Shown piece after piece: positions 37,801 through 50,839 of a stretch of 64,000 nucleotides of DNA. Position numbers and translations under genes: made by a program. The stretch is from Callorhinchus milii (taxonomy: Eukaryota). The notes beneath the pieces were generated by a model, which was given only the letters and a program-made list of their open reading frames with translations, had not been told where the DNA came from and made no database searches. Location of the stretch: NCBI RefSeq assembly GCF_018977255.1, contig NW_024704743.1, forward strand, positions 8,248,001 through 8,312,000, written 5' to 3'. Each line of letters begins with the position of its first letter. The stretch's first letter is position 1.

Positions 37801-40800
37801 GACATAGACTGGCAAAATAACAGTGTAAAGGGCAAGGATTCCTGAAATGTGTGCATGATAACTTTCTGGATCAGTATGTTTCAGCCCAACGAGGAAGGAA
37901 GTAGCGTTGGATCTAGTTCTGGGGAGTGAAGTGGGGCAAGTGGAGCCGGGTTCAGTTGGAGAGCATCTGGACAACATTGATCACAACATCATTAGGTTTA
38001 CAGTACTTATGGAAACAGACAAGGAATAATCAAAGGTGAAGATACTCAACTGGAAGAGGGCTAATTTCAGTGAGTTAAAAAGACACCTAGGCAAGGTGGA
38101 TTGGAAAGAAAGATTGGCAGGTAAAACAGCTAACGAGCAATGGGAAACCTTCAAGGAGGAGATAGTTCGGGGACAGAACAAATACATACCCACAAGTAAG
38201 AATAGTGGGGCATCCAAACCTCCCTGGATGAATAAGGAAATTGGGATTAAAATGAAACAGAAAAAGGAGGCTTATGATAAATGTCAGGTCCAAAATACAG
38301 AAGGTAATCAAATAGAATATAGGAACTACAGAGGAGAACTGAAAAAGGAAATAAGAGGGGCAAAGAGATTATATGAGAAAAGATTAGTGAGTAACATAAA
38401 AGGGAACCCTAAGGTATTTTATAAAAGGTTAGTCAATGGTAGGGTGTGTCCAATTAGGGAGCAAAGAGAAAATCTTCTTGTGGAGGCAGAGAGCATGGCT
38501 GACGTACTGAATGAGTACTTTGCATCTGTCTTCACAAACGAAGAGGATGCAGCCAATGCCACAGCATTGGAGGAGAGGATAGAGAAACTGGATGATAAAA
38601 ATAAACCGAGAGGAGTTACTAAAAAGGATGACGGTGCTCAAGGTAGTTAAGTCACCCGGGATGGACAGGATGCAACCTAGGTTACTAAGGGAAGTAAGGG
38701 TGGAAATAACAGAGGCTCTAGCCACAATCTTTCAATTCTCCTTGGACACCGGGGTGGTGCCAGAAGACTGGAGGGTTGTAAATGTTACTCCCCTGCACAA
38801 AGAGGGGCAGAAGGATAAACCCGGGAACTACAGGCCAGTCAGCCTATCGTCAGTAGTGGGGAAACGTCTAGAGACTATAATCCGGGACAAAATAAATTTT
38901 CACTTAGAAAAATATGGGTTAATAAAGGACAGCCAACACGGATTTGTTAAAGGTAAATCATATCTAACAAACTTGATAAGAGTTTTTTGATAAAGTATTG
39001 GAGAGGGTGGATGAAGGTTGTGCAGTTAATGTAGTTTATATGGATTTTCAAAAGGCATTTGATAAAGTGTCATATAAGAGACTTGTAAGCAAAATAGAAG
39101 CCCACAGTATTAAAGGGACAGTGGCAGCATGGATACAGAACTGACTGGGAGACAGAGAGTGGTGGTGAATGGTTGTTTTTCTGACTGGAGGTACGTGTGC
39201 TGTGGTGTCCCCCAGGGGTCCGTATTGGGACCACTGCTGTTTTTGATGTATATAAATGACCTGGATTAGGGTATAGGTGTACAATTTCCAAATTTGCAGA
39301 TGATACAAAGCTAGGAAAAGTAGTAAACAGTGAGGAGGATAGTAGCAGACTGCAAGACAACATAGACAGACTGGTAAAGTGGGCAGACACGCGGCAGATG
39401 AAGTTTAATGTGGAGAAATGCAAAGTGATGCATTTTGGGAGGAAGAATGAGGAGAGGCCATATACGCTGATGGTAGAATCTTAAAGGGGTGAAGGAACAG
39501 AGAGAGTGGGGGGAAGGTTGCGTTGTGGGAGGTGCCTTTCTTCCATTGAGACTTTAAACTGAGTCCTGTCTGCCTGTTCAGGTGGATGTTAAAGATTCCA
39601 TGACACTATTCGAAAAGAGAAGGGAGTTTTTCTCGGTGTGCTGGCTAACAATTCCCAAATAAAATTGGTCACTTTCAGAACAGCTTATTTCTACACAAAC
39701 ATGGTTTCTGGTATCAAGTATAGTGGTCAATGCCTCAAAGATAACAGGTACACATAGGCAAACACTTTCAAGCCAAAAAATTTAAATTGAACCAAAACGT
39801 TAGCTTTTTGTTGTAGTTTTATTTGAAAGGTCTGCAGAACCGTATCATTGTAATCAAGTCAAATGAAATCTGTGTGGCAATGGCATTCAGAGAGCATTTT
39901 CGTGTATATATTGAGCTTCAACTTATAACTAACCCGCAATGAGGTTTAATAGTTTAGACACATTTCCATATCACATGAAAAAAATGTAGATGGGAGTTAA
40001 AAAGCTTTGTTACCTCTATGACAAGCAGAGTTCAATAGAATAATGCATGAGGTATAACTTGTTTAGAACTTGAACTATTTCTAACCACAAAAATTAGCTC
40101 AGTTATGTGATGCTGCTAGCCAGGAAACCTCGATTAATGTTTTACTTGGGTTCATTGGGTTTCCAATCCCTTTAGAATTCCTAAGCAGTAGTTTTACAAA
40201 AAAATGCAATCGAGTCTAAACATTTAACTGAAACCATGTTAGGAAGCTTTCGTCGACAAAAAAGCTACTTTCCTCCAAGTAAAACTATCAACTTTGAAAA
40301 GATATAACATAGTTAAAATATCACATTTTAAAATAGAACTTTGAAAATATTCACGACTAAGTGACTCAAAATAATCTGCGAATGGAACACTCTGGTTCCC
40401 AACTCAAGCTACACTGTGCCTAATACTCTTTGGAGTTACATAAACAGAGTCCATCCCTCCAGGGAGAGAGAACACATTCCATCTAGACACAGGGAAATAT
40501 CCATATGTAGATGGCTTATATACATGGAACTCTCAGACTGATATGGATATTCTAACGTATGGTGATGGGTATGTCAGACACTTGACTGACCAAAAAAAAT
40601 GCAATCCTGTAATTCGGTTGCTATCTTGTATATCATTTCAGACATTATTTTATAAAATGAATGTAAGAAAAGTGACTTCAAAATATAATGATCTTCATTT
40701 TCCATTCTTCGTTTGCTTTTTGAATTGTACGATAGGAAAAAAGGGACAATAAAAAAATCTTGAGAAAGAGGTCTGTTTACTTACATGATTTCAAATGTTC

Positions 40801-41799
40801 AAAACCAGGACATTTGAGTTTCAGAGGAAAAAGATACAACAGAAAATGTATTCCATGGTCGAAAAGATAGGTCTTAAGCTGGGCTTTAAAGGTGAAGAGG
40901 AAGGGAGGTGGGGAAGGAAGCAGAAGGTTTCCACAATGGAGTTCCAGACAGTGGGGTCAGAATGGCTGAAAGATGATCGACCAATGAATGGTTGAATGGA
41001 TCAGACAGGGGAAGTGAAACAAGCTGGTGTTAGCTGCAGATCACAGAGGGAGAGTGAAGTAAATGCTGTGAAAGATTACTTTCTGGTTGTTATTTATAGC
41101 CTCAATCACTAAAATAAAAATGAAACATGTTAATACTCACATAGTAAGCAAAAACTGAGATTTGATGCTTTTGAACGTCAAAGACCACAGAACACGAGGA
41201 TGAAAAATAAGACTGGGTATAGAAATCAAGCTGTAGAAGAGGTTTATACGACAGCATGAGGGAGAAAGAAACAAAAAGCCAGACACGTAGACAGAGATGG
41301 CAAGTGTAAGACAACACAAATGAAAGAGTTATGAAACAAACTATATAATGCTTGTGGCCAAGCAAGTAGGGTATATTTTGTGAAACGAAAACAAAGGACA
41401 AAGGTATTCTACATTCTTATGACCTAATCTTAGGTTAGATCAATTTTTAATCTAGATTAATCTTGAACAGACTGCTTTATAATGATAGAACAGTATGTCA
41501 TTGTAGTCAAGACCTAGAACCATTATACCCATTACGCAACATATAACAACAAGTGATTGTAAACATAAATCCTAATTTGTTGCAATTATTGAATAATGAG
41601 ACTAAAGAACTAAATTCCCAGCTCCCGGCTCGAGCTTCATTTAGGGCTGAAACACATACTTAAATTTTCAAGGTTGTTGGCTGGTCACCTCCAAAATAGT
41701 GAGAGATACCCATATGATAACAATTCCAAAGTGTTGTCCATATTTAACGCTCCTCCTTTTTTAATTTTTTTAAAAAAACTTTTTAAAAAAATTGGTTTA

Positions 41800-42270
41800 T
41801 ATAGCTTCCTTTATGTAGAGTAACGTCTGAGCATTTCACAGCAGCCGGGTGGGATGCCAAGCAAGGAGAGGTTGCCATGGACATGGGCAAAGAGATCGGT
41901 TTATGTAGTGAGGGGGCAAGGTGGAGGGATAGAGTTTCATAGGTTAGAGGCATGGTGACTTGGCCGCTAATAGTGAAATGGAGAGGGCAGGGGAGTAGGC
42001 CCATGTTGGCTGAGCAGAGGGTGGCAAGCAGGCGAGTAGAGCACAAGAATATCAGAGAGATAGGGAAGTGCTAGGGCGTTAAGGGATTCATGGCTGAGGA
42101 TGAGGATCTTAAAGTCAATCCACTGGGAGACAAGGAGCCCATGGAGGTTGAAGAGAATTGGGTGATAGTTGTGTGGAGTAGGATTCAGGTGGCAGTTTTG
42201 GGTTCGCTGGATTTTTTGCAATAGCTGGATGTTATGGATGGTGGAACTGGGAGACCCACAAGGAGCACTT
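41800..42270 (-). mobile_element. Old L2 3' fragment
   Basis: LHGLLVSQWIDFKILIL..LALPYLSDIL peptide. Confidence 0.7.
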
Positions 42271-43672
42271 TACAGTACATAGTTCAAACAGAATAATAGT
42301 TTAAGAAATTACCATAAATTATTAGGAAAATTAGAAATTCTCACAAACAATTTTATAAACAAAAAAACAATTATTTTGAGGATCTGAATGCTTTGTAAGA
42401 AGCAATCCTACATTTCTGAAGAAATGCTTTTTAATTTTACAAAACGTAATTGCATAGGTTAGCATCAAAGCCTACTGCAATCAAAGTACCTACTGCAGCC
42501 CGTGTTACCAAGTACTGAAATCAAATTGTCTCACAGATATTGTACAGTAAAATTCACATAAAAGTCTTATCTTTATAAATCGTATAATTGCATAAGTTGT
42601 GCATTCAGTTTCCTATCAAAATCACTTAGATTTCTCTGCACTACTTGTATTAATCACCCCCTAATTCGTAACACCCCTCCCCTACCCTCTAATACTCCTG
42701 CACTTCCCGTTTGCTTTGAATCGCGGGAAAACACTTCCTAACCCGTTGACCGTGTGACCTTACCAGCCAGCTGCATTGAATGGCTGGAAACCTGGCCCTG
42801 ATTTTTTTGTTTCAATGCCATTCCAATGCTTGCCGCAAGCAGCAATAAATCAAAACACATTAAATCTCGCGAAATGTGTTTTTGGCCTGTCACCACATGC
42901 AAACTTACTGGTATGCCAAGCAAGGAGAGGCTGCCATGGGTGTGGTCAAAGAGATGCATGCACACTTACTGGCTACATTGAATTACGCATGCGGAGTGTA
43001 GATTATCGATCAAATTAAATTTTATATGACTTATACAGTTTGCCACCAAATCGGACTTAAATGTCATTAAATGTTTTAGTCCCCACTAATAAGACTTATA
43101 TGTACTGCCTGTTTTGTGTAGTAGATGTGGTAGTCATCAGTTTTTCAAGCACATCAGTAAACTGATGAGGTCCAGTCATAAAACTGAAATATCAATTGTA
43201 AATCATTTAAAAAAATTAAAGGAAGTTGGTTACAGCTTCTTGTATTGCCCCTTTCTCAATATGCAAAGTATCCTGGAAATACTACAAGTATAAAAATGGC
43301 TGAGGTACAGGGTATAACAACGGTTGTGAAACAAAAAGCAGTAAAGGAAATTTTTTTTTCCTTTATTCAGATCCAGATGAAGGCCCATAGTGCAGGATAC
43401 TATAAAGATTCAAAAGAGTTGCAGAGGAAACAAGTCAAATGATAGGATACTTGGGATTCAAAAGCTTGAATATTATAAGAGGGAGGAAAGACAGAGAAGT
43501 CTAGTACTTCCACAATTATGAAGGGTGTTGGGAAATAACTAAGTACTGTATAGTGCGAATGAGTTAGGTTTCAACATAGTGAGAATGCAGGGAGAAAGAA
43601 AACGCGAATATAAAATAACATATTTTAAGTTTAAGAGGAACAACCAAGGGAAGTTAAGAAGAGCAATGACCA

Positions 43673-44482
43673 ATAATGATAATAATTTTTACACTTGATA
43701 TAACGCCTTATCATGTCTTCGAGACATCTCTAAGCGCTTCCCAGAATATACTGTAAAGTGAATTGATGGTACATTTTGTTGGCGAAACGCCGTAGCCCAT
43801 TGCGCACAGCAGTGTCCCATAAACAGTCGTGGGTTGAGTAACTAATTTTTTTTATTTAAGGAATTATTACCCACGGAAAAACAATCCATCAATCGACTAA
43901 CAACCGGGTTCAACAACAACAACAACTTGGATTTACATAGCTCCCTCCACGCCGGACGGAGTCTCAGAGCGCTTTACAGTAATGGATCCCGGGGCCGAGC
44001 CAGGGGGAGGAGGGAGGAAGGTGACCAAAGGCGCGGTCGAAAAGAAAGGTCTTCAGCAGAGACCTGAAAATAGGAAGCGAGGGGGCGAGGCGAAGGGAGT
44101 GAGGAAGGGAATTTCAGAGCCTCGGGGCATAGTGGCTGAAGTCACAGCCGCCGAGGGTGGAGCAGAGGACTCGGAGGAGGCCAGACTCGGAGGAACGAAG
44201 GCAACGGGTACTGTTTTGAGGAGAGAGGAGGTCAGAGAGGTCGGGGGGTGCAGAGGAGTGAACGGATTTGAATACAAGGGTGAGGATCTTGAAGTCGATC
44301 CTCTCTGGGACAGGCAGCCAGTGCAGTCTGGCAAGGACGGGTGATCTGCGAGCTCCTACTTACTGCTAGGTAAACAGAGGTGTTTGGAGTAAGGAAACTT
44401 GGTCAACCTTTCACCCTGCCGGGAATCGAACACAAGTCTCTCATTTGCGAGGCAAGTGCTTTAAACACTGAGCTACAGGACT
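43673..44482 (-). mobile_element. Longer-subfamily SINE split by an L2 insertion
   Basis: SINE 3' part at 43673-43910 and 5' part at ~44354-44482 rejoin as caaccgggtt|cctacttactgctagg. Confidence 0.85.
43911..44345 (-). mobile_element. L2 3' fragment
   Basis: (CAA)n tail; region encoding LHWLPVP.RIDFKIL. Confidence 0.85.
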
Positions 44483-44823
44483 ACTGAACTACAATAGCAT
44501 AAATAAGAGCCACATAATGTTGCAATAGCATGAGAGAAGATAGAGCGTTCTTTTCATGCTTTGCAGGAGTGCAAGAGAAGTGTTTTTTGGGGGTAAAAAC
44601 ATTCCCACTGTATGAGTAGCATTTTTGTGCACACTTGGGTTTCATAGAGTTAATGTATCAGCATTCGTCAGCTTGGCTTAGCTGGCAACACTCTCATCTC
44701 TGGGTCAGAAGGTCTTGAGAAATAAAAAGTAGTACAATCATCACTGACCCTAAACAAATGAGAGAGATTGAGGTTTACAATAAATTGAGTAAATCTGAGC
44801 ACTGGGGGTGTGCAACCTGGTGG

Positions 44824-45152
44824 ATAATAATAATAATAATAATCCTTGCATTTGATATAGCGCCTTTCACGTCGGGAGGACGTCCCAAAGCGCTTCACAG
44901 AACACACTGTAAAGCGAATTGACTGTATATTTGTGGGCGAAACGCGGCAGCCAATTGCGCACAGCAATGTCCCACAAACAGTCATAGATTGAAAATGACC
45001 AATTTATTATTGTTTTTGGTTTTGGAGGGATTATTATTAGGCTCTGTGTGGAGTAAGGAAACTTGCCCAAGGTTTCGCCCTCTGCCTGGAATTGAACTCA
45101 GGTCTCTCGCTTGCAAAGCGAGTGCTCTAACCACTGAGCTACAGGACTCCAC
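44824..45152 (-). mobile_element. Young full-length tRNA(Ala)-derived Deu SINE
   Basis: Intact A box TAGCTCAGTGG, anticodon arm ctcgc-tt-TGC-aa-gcgag, B box GAGTTCAATTCC. Confidence 0.93.
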
Positions 45153-46799
45153 ATGGATGTTGATAAATGAGAAGTGAGATCATTATTAAAAGTATAGGCA
45201 AGACTCAAACAGTGGAAGCCATTGATGTGAAATTTGATATACAATAATATTTTCCTTTGAAGGAAGCCTGGAATATCGTACTCTTTTTTCAAAAAAAAGT
45301 ATACCTTTTGTCAAAGACTTGAGATATTTTAGGAGATTAGATTAGAACCACCGTATTCTAGAGCAAAGGTGACCATCAGTTGAATGGCCCGGCCATGAAA
45401 ATCATAGTCGTGAATCTAGATTAGGCGAGCGATTTCAAGGTGAGGGCTGATTTGAGTTGATAGAAACTTCCATAACTTCAAAAAGTACAAAAGTCAAGCC
45501 AATAGTACAGTCTGAAAAGTAAAAGGGATCCACTTTCTTGGGAATAAAATGAACATGAGCAAAATTCCAAGAAGAGGGAAAGATGGACCGGGAAAAGGAG
45601 AGACTGAAGGGACAGCAAAGGTCAGAGTCACATTTCTGAAGAATAATCTCTGGAGAAATTCTTTGAGTGATTGAGTCCTTGAAATTCCTGAAATCAAATA
45701 TGGTAGAGCTAAGGATTTAACTGAGATACTGAGGACATAACTTGCTGTCAATGATAGAATGAGCAAAATATTTAGCCAATTACTCTTCTCTTTGGAACAG
45801 CTGGTAACTGAACCACGAGGAAAGAAGAGTGCTGAAAAGTTTATTAAAGCTTTGGCAAGATACCAAAAGAACAGAAAGATAGCAGAAAAACAATAATTGA
45901 CAGTTCCTTTCAACAATATAAATTTTAACAGCTCTATAGTGAATTCTGAAGTTACAAGCAGAGGGTTGGCTTGCGATGCTTCAGAAAGACCACCAGAGAA
46001 GCAGGCAGAATTTTATGAAAGGCAGCAGTTCATCATTAATTGCAACAGTGTCAGTGGAAGGACGAGTATGCAAAATCTTCCATTGCAGAATATTTGGAAG
46101 AACACAGATCACTTTACGGATAAAGATGTATAGATCAGAAGGATCATTTTGCCTCCAACCACAGAGGTATTCACAATTATCTACACAACTTTCAACTTAG
46201 CCCGTGTTTCACTGTATGGATCTGTGCTGAGCTAAAGTAATGTGGTTTCCACAGAGGATCTCTTTCCCTTCACCTGATCCTAACTACACCTCACAAAGGG
46301 CAAAGACACAGGTAAACAACTGCTTCCTGATCTGTCAATGTTTCAAAGCAACTTGTATAGATAGAATGCCGAGTTACAAAACTAAAACTCAACTGTAGGG
46401 TGAATATTTGTACAATGAAGTGTGGTCCCACTGAGAATCAATATACAAATTACCTACACAACTTTCAACATAGCCTGTGCATCATTGTATGGATCTGTGT
46501 TGAGCTCAAGTAATATGGTTTCCACAGATAAGGAGAGACTCAAGCATGAGTCAAATTGTGTTGCTCTCACCCACCTGCTACCATTCTACCATGCAAAGAT
46601 ATTAAGACAGATGACCAGCTCACTGATATCACCTCACAGGGCCTCTCCTTATCTTAGAAATGGATGGGAGGAGGCAGAACAATGAAAAAATGTTTCAAAA
46701 AAATGAAAAGAAGTTTGCAGTGCTGTAAATTACTTGGAAAAACCCTAGTTGAGTGCTTAGGGATTACTCACTTGGTTCTTACTTTTCAAATGCCCTCTT

Positions 46800-47290
46800 T
46801 GTTGGTCTCCCCAGCACAAGATCCAGCTAATCCAAAACTCCGCCACCCGCACTAAACTCCCTACCCCCATCGCACCAATTCTAACTCAACTGGCACCCCA
46901 TCGCCGAGTGGATGAATTTCAAGATACTCACACTCGTTTTCAAATCCCTTCATGCACCTCCCTACCTCTCCAACCTGCTCATCCCCCAACACATTACCCG
47001 CTGCCCCCTCGACTGGTTCCGGTCTTCTGCATGTCCCTTGTGACCTCCGTTCCACCATTGGTGGACGTGTTTTCAACCAGTACGCCACGAAACTCTGCAA
47101 CACTCTTCCTCTATCCTGCCATCTTGCCACTTCCTTCTCCATCTTCAGGTTGCACCTGAAGACCTTCCTATTTGACCGTGCCTACTGTCATCTCCCCCAG
47201 AGCTGGCATAATGCTCCGCTACTGTCAAGTGCTCTGTGACGCCAACCTGCATGAGGGGCGCTATATAAATGCAAGTTGTTGTGGTTTTGT
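46800..47290 (+). mobile_element. Old L2 3' fragment
   Basis: STIGGRVF...FRLHLKTFLFDRAY peptide and gcgctatataaatgcaagttgttg tail. Confidence 0.8.
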
Positions 47291-48679
47291 TGTAGGGATA
47301 AATCAAAGGATTAATAACTGCACAAAAATGTGCAGAACCAGATTTTTATAAGTATTGCGAAGGTAAGAGTTTCTTTTGCAATTTACAGTATGGTGCTATT
47401 ATAATATTAATAACGATAATCCTTGCATTTGATATAGCGCCTTATCACACCTTTGAGACCTGATAAGGCGCTATATCAAATCACTTCACAGAATATACTG
47501 TAAAGTGAATTGACTGTATATTTTGTGGGCGAAACGCCCAAAAATAGAGAGAGAGTCACACCCAGAGAAAACAAAAGGCACTGAGAGAGTATGAGTTAAA
47601 ATGGTATGACAGTGACAGCGCAACTCCGCGTGGAAGAATGCCTGGTTAGCAACGTGGTTAATTTGTATTTTGTGCGGTGACTAATTATCGACAATGGTTC
47701 TTGTCCAATTAAGTTAATGCTCGGAATAATACAAACTTCCGATCATTTTACAGTAGAGCCAATTAATTCCAAAACAAGAAGACTAACAGAATGCTGAAAG
47801 AACAGTAGGAATGTATACAGAATTTAAATCTGTGGTATTTTGTTTGTCCAAATAAAATTCCATTGCGGTAATTTTCAGATAAGCTTCAACATATCTTCAG
47901 ATCAGTTAACAATCAAATTTGGGAAGCTTTTAGAAATTCCAGTGAATTTGGTTAGTCGATACGGAAATAAAGGCACAAGCACAAAAGCATCATTTGGATA
48001 AAAACATTGTTTTTTCCCCACAAGATATTAATCCAAAGTATTTTGAAATGCAAAGGAAAACACATTATATAAACTTAACAGACACTGGCCTCAAAACAGA
48101 AGTAAAATAAAAGGAACCTGCCTTCACAGAGTATCCGTTAAAGAGTATTTTGTGATTTCCAAAGCAACCGCACTACACTTGCCACAAAACATTCATGAGA
48201 AAGACTGCAACCCATTTAAACAGTTTAAGAGCTGTTTTACTATACCTTTAGAGGTGAACTGATAAAAACATCATCATCATCATCATCATCCTGTTCTCTG
48301 CTGAAACTCCTAAAAGTAGAGAACTGCATCATGCCTATCTTCTCAACAGGACACATTCACATGACAAAAAGTGCACTGAATGTCCTAATCGCTGGTGTTA
48401 AGCATATGATTTTGCAAAAACAGATCTCAGCAGTGCCTGGCCAATGAAAACCCAGCTGGAATGTGCTCTTCTAAACAAAGTGGTAGTTTATTTTGGTGCA
48501 CCACCACGTGACTAAGTTCTGCTTTCATCTGCTCAGCATCAAAATAACTTGACAGTTGTTCATAACAAATGTAAGCTGATTTATCAGATAGATAGTAATA
48601 CTACCATCCTTAAGCAGGAACATAAATTGAAGATGGTTTGATGTTCTAAATCTTTTTAGGAGGTTGATATTTCAAGTCA

Positions 48680-49605
48680 AGCGAATAGGATCCTAGTCGT
48701 TATAAATGGGGACATAGAATATAAAGCCAAAGAGGTTATACCTACCCTGAATACATCATTAGTTAAACCACAGTTAGAGAGTACTGGGTTCAGTTTTGGT
48801 CATCCTTGTAGGAAGGATGTCTGGAGCAGAGAAGATTTACTTGGGCAATACCAAGGATGAGTGAGTTTGACCCATAAACAGGAAATGGAGGAACTGGGTC
48901 TATTTTCATTGGAACAGAGGAGGTTGAAGTAAACCTGATGGGTCTTTAAAATAATGAAGGGATTTGATGAGAATCAACAGGAAGAAATTATTCCACTGTT
49001 CAGTGAGTCAGTGCCCGGAGGACACCAAATTTAAGATAATTAGCAAAGGTGGAGATTAGGAGAATGTTTTCTTTAAATAGAGCATTGTTAGGTTGTGCAA
49101 TGTCCTGTTGGATGCAGCGGGTGTGGGGTTGAATGACCTTCTGCACTATAAATATCTATATGGCCGCAATCCTATTGTTTTAGAAATGTCCATTTTTTTA
49201 ACCATTAATTTTGTTTTTCTGCATATTGACCATATACAAAATAAACAAACTATCATAGAATCATAGAATTATACAGCAAAGAATGAGGCCATTTGGTCCA
49301 TCATGTCTGTGCCAGCTCTTTTAAAAGAGCTATCCAAATCAACCCCACTCCCCCGCTCTGTCCCCATTGCCCTGCAAACTTGTCCTCCCCAAATAATTAT
49401 CTACTTCTCTCTTAAATGTTGTTATCGAATCTGCTTCTACCACCCTTTCAGGCAATGCATTCCAGATCTGAACAACTCGCTGCGTGAAAAAAATTCTCTT
49501 CACATCCCCCGTTTCTTTTAAGAACTATTTTAAATCAGTGATCTTGGGTTACCGACCCACCCACCAGTGGAAATAGTTTCTCCTTGTTCATCCTATCGAA
49601 TCCCC
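48680..49605. mobile_element. Two CR1 3' fragments tail-to-tail (+ ~48680-49160; - ~49253-49605)
   Basis: RT C-terminal remnants (cagttagag..gttcagttttgg); atcatagaatcatagaa terminus similar to the copy at 31140. Confidence 0.75.
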
Positions 49606-50839
49606 TATACTAAAGAAAACTATCCAATCCCCTATACCATGGAGAACTTTACTTCTCTATGAAGGAAACCAGTACTTTCCTACAAATCCTCCACAAAATA
49701 ATATTCTGCAGATGTACTATTCAATGGTGCACTCTTACTTTTTCTGTGGGTCTTTGACACTTGTTCATTCTTTGTAATTGCTGTGGCATTGATGCAATAT
49801 CCTGTTCCTTTGAAAGTACAGCAGTAGTTACTTAAGCAATAACGGTCAGTATCTTTGATATTTTAATATGCTAGAATCCATGGACAAAAACATTATTACT
49901 GCAAATTATGTCAAAATTTCTCAAAGTCTTTTCTTGCAACTTCTTCTTGGACTTTCTTGTAGACAAATACCGAAGCCATTTATGCAGAGCAAATGTCCCA
50001 TAAACAGGCCATGAGGTAAATGAACAAGGGAGGGAAGTGAACAAAGGCACGGTCAAAGATGTATGCTTTTACAAAGATTCTGGAAGCAGAGAGGGAGGGT
50101 ATGAGGTAAGTGGATTTTGATAGAAAGTTCCAGAGAGCCAAACAAAATGACTGGAAGCTTGCTGTCCCTGTTGGAGTAGATGATGTGCAGCAGCCCCATT
50201 TAGCAGTGAATGGAGGGAGCAACGGAGTGACACTGCAGGAAATCACAATGTTAGGGTGGGCCAAAGGCAATCAGGCATTAGAAAATTAAAAGTTCATTTA
50301 TTAAAAGTATAAATTGCTGGTTGGCAAGATATGCGAGTCAATTTCCTATAAGACGCACTGCCAGTCACATCATGCGTTAAAAACTGAGGAGTTTGCAAGA
50401 CCTCATACAGCTGCAAAAGAGAGATGAGGCACTTTAGTAGATGGTTCATCACAGTTTATTAATGAATAATTATCCTTACATTTGACATGGTGCCCTTCAC
50501 GTCGGGAAGACATTTTAAAGCTCTTCACAGAATTTACTGTGAAGTATAGTGGCTGTGTATTTTCTAATTTACACACAGGAATGTCCCACAAACAGTAATG
50601 TTCATTTCAATGGGATTATTGGCCAAGACACAAGTGGGAAACTACTTTCTCTTTTTGAATCGTGCAATGGGATCTTTAACGTCCACCTGAATAGGCAGAT
50701 GGAACCTCGGTTTAATGGGTTACTCAAAAGACAAGGTCGAAGTGTTTGGTTTCTCAAAAGCTTTCAATTAAACAGCCAAAATTGGGAATTTACTGGGTAT
50801 GAGGCATGACAATAATAATACTAAATAATAATCCTGCTC

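Larger units (their letters stand above)
35360..39505 (+). mobile_element. Decayed near-full-length CR1 LINE: ORF1 (zinc finger remnant + SGNH esterase-like) and ORF2 (APE endonuclease + RT), with nested insertions
   Basis: ORF1: MWE..YVCRK, VCCLPGVRVDDITERVQNIL..VHVG..VVISGLLPVP. ORF2: [88 protein letters not shown]. Contains stops and frameshifts. Confidence 0.93.

Noticed and set aside
38036..38990. Longest ORFs (204 and 132 aa) as host genes
   Set aside because: Frameshifted pieces of CR1 ORF2.
45075..45152. tRNA-Ala gene (also at 36396, 59743, 51080)
   Set aside because: These are SINE heads: they run directly into the SINE body and tail and lack a properly paired acceptor stem.
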